The notes beneath the pieces were generated by a model, which did no database searches, had not been told where the DNA came from, and worked only from the letters and a program-made list of their open reading frames with translations. A stretch of 64,000 nt of DNA from Paragordius varius (Eukaryota > Animalia > Nematomorpha): positions 8,184,001-8,248,000 of the forward strand of contig OZ176052.1 in assembly GCA_964247055.1 (NCBI GenBank), read 5' to 3'. How positions within the stretch are numbered: position 1 is the stretch's first letter; every line of letters starts with the position of its first letter. Positions 39,990 through 53,822 of the stretch are shown piece by piece. The position numbers and the translations under genes were made by a program.

Positions 39990-40800
39990 GCTAGTTCATG
40001 ACATCCATTGTTAAAATATGCATATTTTTAAAAAAGTTTAAATTTCAACAACATTTTGTTGAAGTGTACATCATAATATTTACATGATGGAAACGGCATA
40101 AAAACGCTTTAATATATATAAAAACATTTATGTAATTGGATGATCCTGAACATTTCCATCACCTTAAAATTTATTATAGTATTTGTTAGTCTTCAAATTT
40201 ATATTTAATACAAATTGTTTTATTAACAGAAATTCACCCAATTTTAAAAGCAAACGAACCTTTAAATTAAATTTTTAAGGGGACAGCAATGTTCAGCATC
40301 ATCGAATTAAGCAAAGTGTTTATATATTTTAACACTTGGATACAACAAAACAGTTCATTCCAATTTATATGGGGTCTTTGGGGATTCCAGGCCGGTTTTA
40401 AAAAAAATTTTAAAAATATGGAACCAATTGAGACCATTTGAGGTTTGCTCTTATTTAACATTGATGTACCGAAATATAAAAAACTCATTAAAATAGATAA
40501 ATCTCAACGTAACAATTTATTCAACATGAAATGTGTTAAATGATTATAAAAATCATGCAAAATTAAAATAAAAGTTTCTAATTTTAGCGTTAGAATCAAA
40601 TAAACACACAAAAATGTTATAAAATAAAAATGGGGCAAAGTATTTGATATGGAACTTTTTCAATAAATTTTATTTAAATATTTTGGCTAGTTTATATAAA
40701 GAAACATTTTAAATCCAACCGTTTCTTTCAGTAGATTTTTAAAATATTAACTTAAATATAGCCGGGGTTACTAGATATCCCAATTTAAATCGAAGATTTA
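39990..40800. repeat. Fragment of the CAC...GTG family; ends approximate
   Basis: Blocks shared with about 11960-12080, 15080-15600 and 50710-51240. Confidence 0.5.
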
Positions 40801-41057
40801 TGTTTATCATCGTTTACACCATGTTTCGAAATACCACGCTACTCGCTTCACCAAAATTTTATATAAATTAAATTTTTAAGCGAAATAATTCGAAACTTAT
40901 TTCAGAATTAAGCATATATTAAGATTTTTATCACATCTTGGTCTTTTCACTCTTATGTTAAGGCTTTGCCCATTTTGACGGTTCCAAAAATATAAGGCTT
41001 TCAGCCCACATCTATATTTTTTAAAAAAATATTGTTTTGCTTTTTAGTAGTTTGCAA

Positions 41058-41616
41058 CACAGTGTCCACAAAAAAACAAAAACAAATGTTTTAAGAAAAT
41101 TATTTAAACTTTTATAGTAAGCGCTTTAAATCAGAAAATGTAGAAATTGCTCACATTTTTAAAAAAAATTTTGGTATAAGCTAAAAATACTTTATTCCAA
41201 CAAATATCACCAAATGATAAACTACGTATAAATACAAAATAATATTTTTCAAAAATTTTAATTTTTTGTTGTTGAGTCGGAAAGTCCCAATTTTTATGCG
41301 GTCTAAAATGGGTTGGATCTCTGTAAAACACGAAAATTCCGAATCGCGTGGTAAAATAAATGTTTGCTAAATTATGATAACAACTAAAAATAATTTTAAA
41401 ATAATGTTTCGCCCTTTTAAAATGGGCCAGTTCTTTTTAAAAAAACGCAAAAATGCAGAGTGCGATTAATGCTAATTATCATCTGAAAAGTTTTTTAAAA
41501 AAGGCATACTTTCTTCAAAAATTTAATTTTCATTAAAAAAATTATTGAAGCATACTTTATATTTTGAGGTGCTATGGAAACGGGATATAAGAGCTTTAAA
41601 ATAACCAACTCTTTTT

Positions 41617-41656
<40 letters not shown>

Positions 41657-42237
41657 ATTCAGAATTTTAATTTAAAAGTTCCTTTACTTTCAAATGGTGA
41701 ATTTTTATAATACACAATTATATTATTATTAAGGATAAACCAACATTTTACTCAAAATTCTTAGGTGATAGAAATGTTCAGCATCATCAAACTATATCAA
41801 ACAAGTATTTTTGTAATATCTAGTTTTACCGTTTCAATCATACCTAAAAATGGGATAAAGTACGCTTCAACATATATTGCTGAAAGATAAAAAAATTTTG
41901 TAAAAATAATGCTTTTTTTAAAATATTTTTTGAAGTCAAAATATAGATAATATATTTGCGCCATCCCGGCATTATTTCGCTTATTTTAAAAGAAGCCCAT
42001 TTTAAAAGAACGATATAATTTAGGACTTTCGGACCCCATATCTAAAATCAGTATTTTAAAAATATAGTTTTACTTTTTTAAACAGTTTATCATATATTTC
42101 AGGCTATTTTTAATGAATCATTTAGCTTTGGTTAAAATATTTTAAAAAAATTAAATTTTAAAAGCTAAAAAAAGCACCATGATTCTGATGACTTGGCTAC
42201 TAATACATATCTTGTAACAGGATATTTTTACACTGTG
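41058..42237. mobile_element. CAC...GTG family element (1180 bp) containing a (TA)n tract
   Basis: CACAGTGTCCACAAAAAA left end and CACTGTG-TA right end; inverted AAAGTCCC / GGACTTTCGG blocks. Confidence 0.55.
41620..41652. repeat. (TA)n microsatellite; others at about 45005-45027, 46606-46623, 48085-48106 and 55679-55702
   Basis: Directly visible dinucleotide runs. Confidence 0.9.
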
Positions 42238-42620
42238 TATATCAAAATATGAATTTTATCCTTATATTTTTTATAACCCCTTATTGCACAACGTAATAAT
42301 ATCCCTGATTTAACTTCTTCCTATCATTAAGACATCTAAATTAAATAATAATAATTTGATGCTGAAAAGACTTTATTATATAGATAAAATTTTATTATTT
42401 ACAAACTATAAATAAATAATTAACGAAGATTTTTTCGCAATAAAATTATAAAACTATTTTTTTTATTTATTCGACAATAGTCATAACAGTTTTTTTATCC
42501 AATATAACATTTTCAGATTGAGGCTATGTGATAACCTAACCCCAAAGATATTGAATAGATCTCATGTAAATTATGATAAACCAACATCACACTTTGATTT
42601 ACTACTAAGTTCGGTTCCCG

Positions 42621-45600
42621 ATGACTCCTCAAGCGACTGAACCTGTACCACTCCAATCAACTAATGAAACCCCTCGTAATAGAGTTGATTATAAAAGCGT
42701 TATAAAATCTTTTATAACTCGTATGGTTATTATATATGCTGTATCAAATTTTTTCAAAAAGCCTCGAACCTCGAACGATCAACCCGGATTTTCTTCAAAT
42801 ATAACTTCATGCAAAACGCATAATAAATTACCACTCTACGAGAATTTAGTAAAAATTTCATATAGTTTTAGGACGTTTACTTTTATCTAAATGATGAAAT
42901 GCAATTTGACAATTTTAGTCGCCTGTTTTGGAAGATATCTAAAATTCGTTATGGTGATTGGGCTCAAGGAATTAATCACGATAGTATATTTGAAAAGCAC
43001 GAAAAAATTCCCATATCATCTGTAATTATTATTAATATTTAGAAAACAAAAAATAACGGGTCTCTGTTTCTTTTTACCTATCTTGTGAAACATGGACACT
43101 CTCCTAACCCGCTTAGCGACCTCTATGATCCCAATTTTACATTCTCGAATGTTAAAAGTTTGTTTTTTAATTAAAAAATATAGGGTTAAATAAATATCGA
43201 AAAAAGGTGTACAAAAAGACGCATAATTTGTTAACTGGTCAATCTAAAGATCAAGAAAGTATTATGGTAAATTTAATTTTATTACTTATTTACTATATTC
43301 AACTCTGAATCCAGTTTCTGTACTACTTGTGATAAATATTATTATTTATATTTTAAATTTGTGTCATTGTCCTTATTTACCAATAGATTTTGGTGCTATA
43401 AAACCGGTAATAATATTTAAAGGCCGAAATTATTACCATTTTTATTTATCTTATGAAAATAACTGGTTCAACATCTAAAATCAATATATTGTTTTTATCT
43501 AGATATTAGATTATTACTTCTCTTATAAAATTAATTTTCACATTAGGAGTCTTCCGATCTTTTTACATTTTCGGCTGGTTTATCTATTTCATTTGCACTA
43601 TAGGTATATAAAATTTGAATAAGAAATCAAATTTATTCCATATTATCAAGGTAAGTTATATAATTGCCTTTCGATTTTTATCCCATTTCATTCTGTATGT
43701 TTTGGGCAATTTTTTGATTTTACAACACTTCAATTTTTTTAATTTTTACATATTGATTACAAGTGATAATATTTTAGAAATTAGAAAACGGGACCAAGTC
43801 CGAAATACTATCCCATTGGCATCCAAACCTTACAATTAATCTTCTAGTCGATAATACATCCTGGGTTCCTGGTAGTATTCCGCACCCTATTGATCAGTGT
43901 ATGTTATATTATTTCATGTTATATAATTGGATAAGAAAAATGAAAAATATTTTTTGACGACTTAAAAAGTGAAATATTTTTGATATTAATGTCATTTAAA
44001 ATCACAAAATGAATTTCTCATTTATACTACATAATAAGACTAACTTGATATTTTGTCGCATTACAATATTTAAACCTTTTAGTTTTTAATTAAAATTATT
44101 TGTCTTTTATTCTATACGGTATTTTTATAGTTATTGTATTTGATGCAAACGATCCCTGTATATATGATCCAGTCATATATGCCAATGATTTCTGGAATCT
44201 TGCATCAGATTACTATCCCATTAATGAAACATCCGAGTATAAATTAGTATATTCACATTATAACCCCTGTATAGATTATTTTTCTCAATTCTTATTATTT
44301 TACAAAACAATGTATCTCGAATAATATGTATTTGTTTGCATTCAGATACCTCAATTTTTCCTTGACGTTCAGCCCAATATCCATGCTAAAATGGCAATTA
44401 TATGTGAGTCAGGATGTCAAAAATAAATGGGTGACTCTTTTAACAGAAGGCAATTTACTTGGATCGAATACGGGTAGCGGGACCGAAAACTCTGATGCAG
44501 ATTCGCCTTCATTAGACAATCCCGATGATGGAAAAGATGCTTTTAAGCGTGCTTTGTTGGAAACAAATCCATATCTTTTGGGTCTTACCATCATAGTTTC
44601 TATCGTCCACAGCGTTTTTGAATTGTTGGCCTTTAAAAATGGTAAGAAGTTTGTTTGTAGAATACGCGTTTGTTACCGTTTTTTACTCAAAATATTTTGT
44701 TTTCCAGTCTAATTGCTGTATCATGTACAACTTTGGATAGCCTTATGCTTATAAGCCTTGATAATTAAATGTATGTGCAATATGCCATTTTAAGGCCAGT
44801 GTTTTTGGATATATATAGGGTAGGACTCCGTATTTTGAGTTTTATTACCACGAAGTAATTCATACTCATATTATTAATACTTCGTGGTAATTTGAGGCGA
44901 TTTTTTACGTAACACATGCCCTTGTGCACAACTAATGATTTTACAGACCATTAGAAATTGGCCTGCTAACACCGCGGGGAGGTGGTAATAGGACTTGTTT
45001 GCCATATATATATATATATATATATATCATTTTAAACTATCTGTTTGATTAAAATTATTTATATTTTATATTAGACATTCAATTTTGGAAGAGTCGCCAA
45101 AGTTTGGAGGGATTATCAATTCGTTCGGTATTTTTCAACATTCTTTCATCTTTTATTGTTTTCCTGTACATAATGGATAATGAAACAAACTTTATGGTAC
45201 GTGTTACAGTGTTTATTGGCCTCCTGATTGATATATGGAAAATAACAAAGTGTGTTGATTTCTACTACGATCCTAATTTTAAATATTGGGGTATGATTTT
45301 ATGATTTTGTTAATATGAAAATACTTACAAACCAAGATTATTTAATATTAGAGACTATCACTACCTTATACATTTTTTTATTCGAAAACGAAAAAATTTA
45401 TATGATAGCTAGTTTTGGGATTTTTTTTATTAATATTAGTTACTCCTGCTCTATGTGACAAATTCTTTAAACGATTAATTAGGTATACTAGTTTAGAATA
45501 AAATTAAAATGAATTTTTCAAAAGTTGACTTGACTTTAGTTATTTTATTGTCTGGTAAACCAATAAAAAAAACTTGTCCCTTATTCGGTGACTGCAAACT

Positions 45601-47471
45601 AGGGCACTCTTATTTTTGACATTAATTTTTATTTTGGCAAATTTAATTAAAGTTTTATTATTTAATAAAAATTATTTATTTTTTCTTATAATATTTTTTA
45701 TACAAAAGTTATTTTTTCCAAAAATGTATCTACAAAGTTAAATTAGTAAATAGCTTTTAATGAGGTATATTGTAAAAGTATATAGTATTTATATAATCAT
45801 AAAAATATTTTGTTAAATATTTTATATTATTAATATTTTCTAGGTATATTACCAGGACTGAGATTTAAACACAAGTCAACTTACATTGAATCAGACACCA
45901 AAGTGTACGACAAAGTACGTTATTTATTATTCCTTTTAAAATTTAAATAAAAAATTATATGGATATTTTTGGTTTCTTAATTATATGGATAGTACTGTTA
46001 ATATTTATCATTTTAAATTTTTAGCTTGCATTCAAATATTTGTCATGGATTTTGTTCCCTCTACTTATTGGATATTCCATCTATTCTGTGGTATATCAAG
46101 AGCATAAAGGATGGTACTCTTTTGTTCTCAATATTTTATACGGATTTCTCCTTACGTTTGGTAAGTTTTTACAATTTAATGATTCCAAATAATATGTAAT
46201 GATAAATGATTTATAATTTTAGGATTCATTATGATGACTCCCCAACTGTTTATTAATTACAAGCTAAAATCGGTAGCCCATTTGCCTTGGAGAATGTTAA
46301 CGTATAAAGCTTTAAACACTTTTATTGATGACATTTTTGCTTTTGTCATAAAGATGCCAACAATGTACCGAATTGGATGTTTTAGAGATGGTACATATTT
46401 TATATGTATATAATATGTATATTTAATAGCTATCTGCTTTTTTACATTGAAGTTAATTAATTAGATGGTGTTAACATTTATTATGACAAAGGAATATACA
46501 CTCACTATTACAATCTTGTATTAATTCGGGAAAGTTTTGATATATTGTATGCATTAAGTGATAAAACTTTATTGGAATAACTCAGTTTGAATAGACTAAA
46601 CCTAATATATATATATATATATATTACCCAATTTACTCGAATTGTTAAAGTATAAATTTTACCAAAATCGCAATGTTTCATAATAGTGTTGTTATAATTC
46701 ATATTATCACAATTAAATTATTTTTGGTTGTTAGTTTTCTATTTAATAATTAATTTTAATATACATTAATTATTTTTATGTAGATATCATATTTTTCATA
46801 TATGTGTATCAACGTTGGATATACAAAACTGATATGAAACGGGTAAATGAATTCGGAGCATCCGGTGTTGATTTAATTCAGGCTAAAGATTTTTCCGAAA
46901 ATACTCCTAAAGCCATTTGTAACACCATCGAAACAGAACCAATCAGTACACTTTTTTTATTTAATTTTAAATATTTGGAATAAGTCATAAGCCAAAAGTA
47001 ATTTTCTTTTTTGCTTTTAAATAAGGTGAAATCCATTTAAAGAAATATTCATAAATAGCATATATCCTTACTAAATTATGCTTTTTTAACCTTTTATATT
47101 TAATCGTTAAGCTGTATATCTCAAATGAAAATAAATTGGTTTGGGATATTTTTAACGATTATGTTTATCAATAAAATATAATAAAATTAATATTTATTAA
47201 ACCATTGGTTAAAGTCTATAATTTTACTTTGCATTGCACAGTTGTTAATGAAGACGATACAAAAGTCGAATCTCAGAGTGATCATAGCCAAGGATCAGAG
47301 GATTCGTTTGAAAAAATTGAAAATGAATTGGTGGAGAATGATTCTTCTCAAACATTAGATATTCAAACGCCGACCTCGCCTGATAGTATCTTTAATGAGA
47401 ACTACGTTGTTAAAAGGAGCGTTCATGTCAATAAAGCCGCTAATATGATCGGTGACGAGACTGAGGAATAA
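42621..47471 (+). CDS. CLPTM1: CLPTM1-family multi-pass ER membrane protein (lipid scramblase family), about 693 aa. Exons 42621-42848, 42872-43021, 43043-43157, 43184-43266, 43778-43898, 44131-44236, 44346-44641, 45075-45290, 45844-45914, 46025-46160, 46223-46390, 46784-46945, 47242-47471
   Basis: YGDW, NGSLF, NKY...KTHNLLTG, SHWHPNLTINL, NDFWNL...YYPINE, ALLETNPYLL...FKNDIQFW, MTPQLFINYKLKSVAHLPWRMLTYKALNTFIDD and YQRWIY...RVNEFG; exon phases consistent. Start codon and last exon are less certain. Confidence 0.93.
42849..42871 (+). other. 23-nt intron (CLPTM1 intron 1)
   Basis: GTAAAAATTTCATATAGTTTTAG; removal opens the frame into DVYFYL...YGDW. Confidence 0.88.
43022..43042 (+). other. 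21-nt intron (CLPTM1 intron 2)
   Basis: GTAATTATTATTAATATTTAG; its terminal TAG is an in-frame stop unless spliced, and coding similarity continues (KNNGSLFLFTY). Confidence 0.88.
43158..43183 (+). other. 26-nt intron (CLPTM1 intron 3)
   Basis: GTTTGTTTTTTAATTAAAAAATATAG; removal gives K-R-LNKYRKK. Confidence 0.85.
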
Positions 47472-50402
47472 CAAACGATTTACATACACACAATTCCATA
47501 TACATAAACATTTATTGTCAATATATTTTGTGTCATTTTAAAATTTTAGTCTTATAATTGTATCTTTCCACTGTAAACCATAGTTTATTATTGATAACTT
47601 CATGTATAATCGTTGCCATTCTATATATCTTAAGCTTCATTACAAAATTTAATCGCCTTTGACAGCCTCACAAATTTTTAAACTTATATAATACTACTTT
47701 ATGAATGTGCAAATATTTATAAATTTTTATTGTATATATTATATTTGTCCAATAATAGTAAAATAAACGGGTAGAAATTGTTTTTGTATAAAAATACAAA
47801 TATATCAAGATATGTATTTTGGATTATTATAAAGTAAATTTATTAAAAAGTGATGAAATTTAGTTTTTAAGTAAAGAAATCAGCAAAATGAGTTTTATGC
47901 TTTTTACTTTTTAACTTTAAATTTTGTGATGAAGACCTTTAAATCAATTAGAATTAGTAACTTGGATGACACATTCAATCAAAAATATATTTTAAAAATT
48001 TTAACCTTAATATAAAGGTAAAAAACATTAAACTTTTTTTATAGTTTATTTTATTTAGAGGCCTGCCTACGCAATGTGGCCAGATATATATATATATATA
48101 TATATAGCGTTAAAAGGTTGGAATGTTGGATGCTTAGCTAAATTGTAATATATAATACTAAAACTTATTGAATATTATTAAAACTAAACCAGGTCAGGTA
48201 AAACATGGCTTGGTAGTAAACGCTGCATAAACACGAGTAAAAATAATTTTCCCACATCCTGATTTTAAATTGAATTTTCAACGCGTAATATTAATAATTT
48301 TACATCTGCGCTTACTAGTATTTTAATATTTTTACTTTTTACCTTAGTCCATCGAATCGCTAACCTGGAAAGTTATGATTCTCACCCCATATAATTAATA
48401 GTGTCAACCGCAACGTTTCCCAAACTTTATTATTTTAAAAAATACTCATTATATTTAAAAATATGGAATAGCTTAATGCCTAAATTTTAATCACACTTTG
48501 TTAATTTTAAATAAACATTTATTAATTATTATTACAATGGTAAAAATATATTCATAAGGTCAAATAGATCTATCATAGAATAATCGTTATATTTTAGTAG
48601 TTGTAAAGTAATTATACAAAATTATTTTTGTGGCCTAACAGTGTCGTTATTCTGTGCATTTTCGCCAGATAATTTTTTTATGATCCGATCTTTGATCTTG
48701 ATTTGAAAATCCATCAAATCCTGTTTAGAAATTTGAATGCGGGATAAATCTCTCCTAATAATCATTTGTGGCACATATGTTTTTTTAAAAATATTCAATT
48801 TATTATTTTTAAGTTTTGAATACAACACATTTTAATCATTAGATTTAGAGAATTCAGGCCTGTTGAACATCAATATATAAAATAAGAGAGTCGCTTATAT
48901 AACATTTGTGCACCTAAATATAAAAAAATGATTTTAACTGTTATTACTAATTTTATAGATAAAAAGGTAAAAATTTAGTCAAAATTGCATGAGTGCATTG
49001 GCTTAAAATAAAAACAAACACTTCACTTTCTATCAGAATAAGAAATGATTTATATTTTAAATTTTAGAATTAGAGTCAAATGAACACAATTTGCTAAAAT
49101 GCTGTAAAATAAAAATGTCGAGTAGTTTGATATGAGGCTTATAGATATTTTGGTTTAATTATATAATTTTTATTAAAATTGATAAATTTAAAATGTAGCC
49201 GTTTCTTACAGGGTTTAAAACGAACTTAACTCTTCGATATAAGTTAATTTAAAATAACTACTGAAAGAAACGGTTCCAGTTTATATTTATAATATTATCC
49301 TAATAAAAATCATATAAATAAGCCAAAATATCTAAATAAAATTTAATTTTTTAAAAAAAGTTCCGCATCAACTACTTGGATGCCTTTTTTATTTTATACT
49401 TTTTGTAAAACATTGTGTTCATTTAATTATAAAGCTAAAATTTTGTTTAAATATCATCAACATTACTATAAATACAAAAAGTCGTATATTTTGCATTATT
49501 TTTACTTAGATTATGCACAAATGAGATGTTGGCTGAATTTCACCATTGAGTTTTACTTTCTAAATAAGTAATATCAGGTAATTTCGAAGAAAATTTTTTA
49601 ATATTTTGGTTGATTAATGTTATATAAGCGCAAACATTTGCCATGACTTCAATATCCATATTTTTTAAATATTTAACTTTAAACAAGCTAAGGGTATATA
49701 ATTTATAATCGAGGGACTAAAATGATTATGTTATACCCAAGTGTTGAAAATCTAAAGTCACTTCTTAAGTAAGTTTTCTACCCAATTTAAAAATTGAAAT
49801 ATATTTAATATTGGATTAAATAGAGCGTTTTATGTTAAGCATCTCTAAAAAATTTTTTATAATATAATTAAATCATCCTTGTCACCATATTTTCCCTTTT
49901 TTTGTCGCCGCTGAAAATATTAAACAAATAATTATGGTCGATAAAAATATTAAGTTTTAAATGTATTTCATTGTATGGGAAAAATAGGTGATTTTTATCA
50001 TCTGTTTGAGTATTCAGTTATGCAAATTTAAGATATAAACATGAAACAGTGGATGAATTGGGGGTCATAATAATCAGAATATATGATACTGAAAGTAGAT
50101 TGTGCACAAAATTATATATTGCTTTTAAATTTAAGCTTTAGTAATTTAAGAGAAGATAATTACATTTTTATGGTAATTGGCTCATATCTAATCGCAAAAT
50201 TAGCGCATACACAGTGCCTAAAACTCCTGATGCTACATATTTTTGACAGTAAAGAATTTTATCGCTGCTTTTAATTAAGGGCCTTACGAGTGATTTAAAA
50301 GTTGTTTTCGCTTTTGAATGATTATTCAATTTGAAAATTGCGAGCGCACATTAACTTAAATAATTTTTATGATGAGAAAAAATTCTTTTTAAAATATCAT
50401 TA

Positions 50403-51562
50403 CACAGTGTCTACAAAAAACTAACCTGATGAAATATAAATATTCTGATATGTATCAGGATTATCTGTGCCGTTACGAGTGTTATATAAAAATTAATACA
50501 CTTTTGTGGTAAGTTCTCTATATCGAATTTGCGCACATTTTTTAAATAATTTTTTTAACCAAAGTAAATGCTTCATTTCAGAAAATATAACTAAAATATA
50601 TTATAAACTAAATATAAAAGAAAAGCTTTATTTATTCAAAAAATTAATTTTAAGATGCGGGCTCCGAAAGTCCCAAATTTTTCCATTCCTCCGAAATGTG
50701 CAAGTTTTCTTAACACTTGGATACAACACATTCATTTCAGTCCTTCGATTCAAATTGCTGTAGTTGGATAACCCAGGCATATTTAATACGTCAAAAAATA
50801 TGTAAAGAATTGAAACCATGACACAAGTTTGCATTTATTAACTTACTGAACCAAAATATAAAATAATCATTTAAAAATACTTGATATATCTTTTTTTTAA
50901 AATAAACCCAAAGGTAATAATTTAGTCAGCATCAAATGTTTGCAATCGCTAAATTTAATAATACTAAATAAACCCATTTTCTGTTTCTATCAGCATTATA
51001 TGTAATTTAAAAAAAAATAAAAAAATGTTATAAATAAAAATGGCGTTAAGGTAGTTTTATATAAAACTTTTTGTTCAAAACTAAATTATATTTAGATATT
51101 TTAGGTTATTTATATAAAATTTATTAGTAAAGAGAAGCACAAACTTAAATTAAAACCGTTTCATTCAGTAGTTTTTAGAAGTATCAACTTAAATATGGTC
51201 TGGGGTATTTAGATACTCCAATTTAAAACGAAGTGTAAATCGGTTATATTAGAAGACCAAAAAATGGAACTTCCGAGGCCCACATTTCAAAATTAAAATT
51301 TTTCGAAAATATAAATTTGCTTTTTATATGTTTTTTAATATATTTAAGTGATATTTGGAATGAAGCATTTAGCTTTAGTCAAAAAAAATTATTAAAAAAA
51401 GTGCGTAAATTTTACCATTTTCTGATCAAAGACCACTATCACAAATGTGTAAATAACTTTTTTGAAATACTCGTAAAGGCCGAAACCAAAAGCGTCCTCA
51501 TAGTACTGATACATTTTTTTATCAGAAATTATATATTTCATCGGGATATTTTTATTACGGTG
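50403..51562. mobile_element. Best-preserved CAC...GTG element (1160 bp) with imperfect TIRs of about 230 bp and a TA TSD
   Basis: TA at 50401-50402 and 51563-51564; 50403-50630 is the inverted counterpart of 51320-51562. Further fragments at about 5030-5400, 54420-54800 and 58560-58790. Confidence 0.75.
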
Positions 51563-52484
51563 TAATCCGATGCTGAGCATTCTCACTTCTTTGTGACGAA
51601 AACTTAGTTTAAAAAAATATAGATATATTTGCAAGCGAATAAATGTTTTATAACAGGCCTAGCCTGATCCCAAAAGCGCTTAATTAGAATTTGGAAAAAA
51701 TTGATGTAAAATGGCGGATCTTAAATCCCAAAATATTATCCTGTAATTATATACAGTGCCCCACCTCATAATAACCCAATATTATGGGAAATACATTGAT
51801 TTCCTTTTCAAAATAAATAAAAATTGTATTCTTCCATTTTAGGTTATTTTCTGTTATTTTTTAACAATATGTAATATTAAATAATATTCTCTTAATGAAA
51901 TTTATATAATTTGGAAAAATTTCAGAAATGTTGAAAATTTAATTTCAATTATTTTTGGTTTATCGTTACATTTGATACTTATCTTTAAATCTAACTTGAA
52001 AAATCGGAAAATGTTAAATAATTTTTCATAAAAATCTAATCATTTAAATTATGTGACGAATTATTGATTCAATTTCATATTGGTATCAAAACTCCTTTCA
52101 CAACTTTCTCATTAACATCTAATTTAATGGTTTATGTTTATGTTATTGAATAGAGGTCAAATGGCTATTTATTTCAAAATATTTGAGGTATACAATTGAT
52201 GAGTCTTAACAAAGAGATAAAATAAACATCGTCTTTCTTTGAAAATACATTGATTTCAAGAAATACGGTTTCATTACGTAGCCCTATAAAATTAGATAAC
52301 TGTCTCTAAACTGCTATACCGAAAAAATAAAAAGGCCTGTTTGTTCCGCGGAGCTCCTTTCTATCCCCGTTACTGCTCCACCCTATATTATTTCAAACTT
52401 AATGTGATTAAATAAAAAAAAATTGCCACGCCTAACAAATTACTCAATTAAACAGTATAAATTTGTTATATGAGAAATTTATGA

Positions 52485-53822
52485 TTACATATTAAACATT
52501 TTTTTGCTCAATTTTCTATATGAAGGATTAAATATAAGGTTGAAATAGTAGGTACATGTGATGTACAAGTATTCAAATAAAGAGAAAAACAGATACCATT
52601 TCGACATTATCGAATAATTCGTTAACGGTTCGATAAAATACCAAATAATTTGCACAATAGATAATGGTAAAAGAAAACAGATAAATTCAAACGTTAATAT
52701 GGCAGTGGTACGCATTTGTTCCTGATTACTCCTCTCTTTGCGCCTATACAGTACCGAAGATACAGAGCATGCTGCATTGTTATTAGTTACACCTAATTGT
52801 GGAGGTGTTATATAAAAATGTGAGCTAACATTTGATGTGCCAAGTAGCGTAGATGGTTCTTGTACAAAACTTAATGAATTCGTGGCATATGATTTAATGA
52901 TAGGTGAATTCTCTAATTGCCCATGGCTCGATATTTGGCGATGTCTTGTGTCTCGCTCCATGTATGTTTGTGGTAAAGACTGTAAAATTCTACACCCGTG
53001 TCGTATTAAAATACATTTGCAGACTAATATGCCCAAAAAAGGTATTATTCGTAAAAACAACTCTCTTGAAATTTCATAAACTATGGCAAGTGTTTGAAAG
53101 ATGCGAGATGTATTTATCTTCATATCATATTTAACCGCTATCCATAGATATATACCGCTATCGGTCATAGTTGGTCTAGGTGCGATCCAACTTAAAACGC
53201 TAGATTTTGTTATAAACTTGTCATAACAAATTAGGTATATCTTGTTCTGCATCCAAAAATAGGTTGGTATGTACCAAATAATTATGCTAAAACTTAAAAT
53301 CCATAGTATTCTAATTAACCTCGCCTTTGTAACTATGTGATTGTATCGATGTGGATATTGGATTGCAATAAATTGGTTAATGAATATAAGTACATATATC
53401 ATGAACCCTACACTAACCAATCCTTTGCTTATTATATAATGAATATGGGCCATATAAAACGTCCAACCTCTCCGGCCCCACAAATAGTTATTATTAGCAT
53501 TGATAAATACTCTTATTATAGGCATGGGTATCATTAAAAGTGTATTGACCAAATTTGTAATGTAAAATAATTTAATGAGGGATTGATTTAATGAAAGTTT
53601 GGCAAATAATGATATTTCATAGCGCTTGCGCCTTCGACAATGCGTAGCCGATTCTCGTATAATAGTTTTGGATGCAATAACTATTCCCAACCAATTTCCC
53701 ACGATTCCAAGCATAAATAACACTAAACTGGCATACATGCTAAATCGGACAAGTTTATCATGTTTAGGGTAAATATTGATTAGTTCAAATGGTGTACAGT
53801 TTTGTGTATAATTAATGATCAT
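52485..53822 (-). CDS. Intronless, divergent rhodopsin-like (class A) 7TM receptor, loosely FMRFamide-receptor-like
   Basis: 445-aa ORF with N-terminal sequons (NYT, NCT), seven hydrophobic segments, TM1 GIVGN, TM3 end NQFIAIQYP, TM5 YE..RE.F.R.IP, TM6 FLLP and TM7 end NPSYRK. Confidence 0.8.
   Translation of the reverse strand: MIINYTQNCTPFELINIYPKHDKLVRFSMYASLVLFMLGIVGNWLGIVIASKTIIRESATHCRRRKRYEISLFAKLSLNQSLIKLFYITNLVNTLLMIPMPIIRVFINANNNYLWGRRGWTFYMAHIHYIISKGLVSVGFMIYVLIFINQFIAIQYPHRYNHIVTKARLIRILWILSFSIIIWYIPTYFWMQNKIYLICYDKFITKSSVLSWIAPRPTMTDSGIYLWIAVKYDMKINTSRIFQTLAIVYEISRELFLRIIPFLGILVCKCILIRHGCRILQSLPQTYMERDTRHRQISSHGQLENSPIIKSYATNSLSFVQEPSTLLGTSNVSSHFYITPPQLGVTNNNAACSVSSVLYRRKERSNQEQMRTTAILTFEFICFLLPLSIVQIIWYFIEPLTNYSIMSKWYLFFSLFEYLYITCTYYFNLIFNPSYRKLSKKMFNM

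Noticed and set aside
52837-53537. Plus-strand ORFs overlapping the GPCR, and antisense ORFs within pumilio and CLPTM1 exons
   Set aside because: Shadow frames of real coding sequence, with no independent signal.
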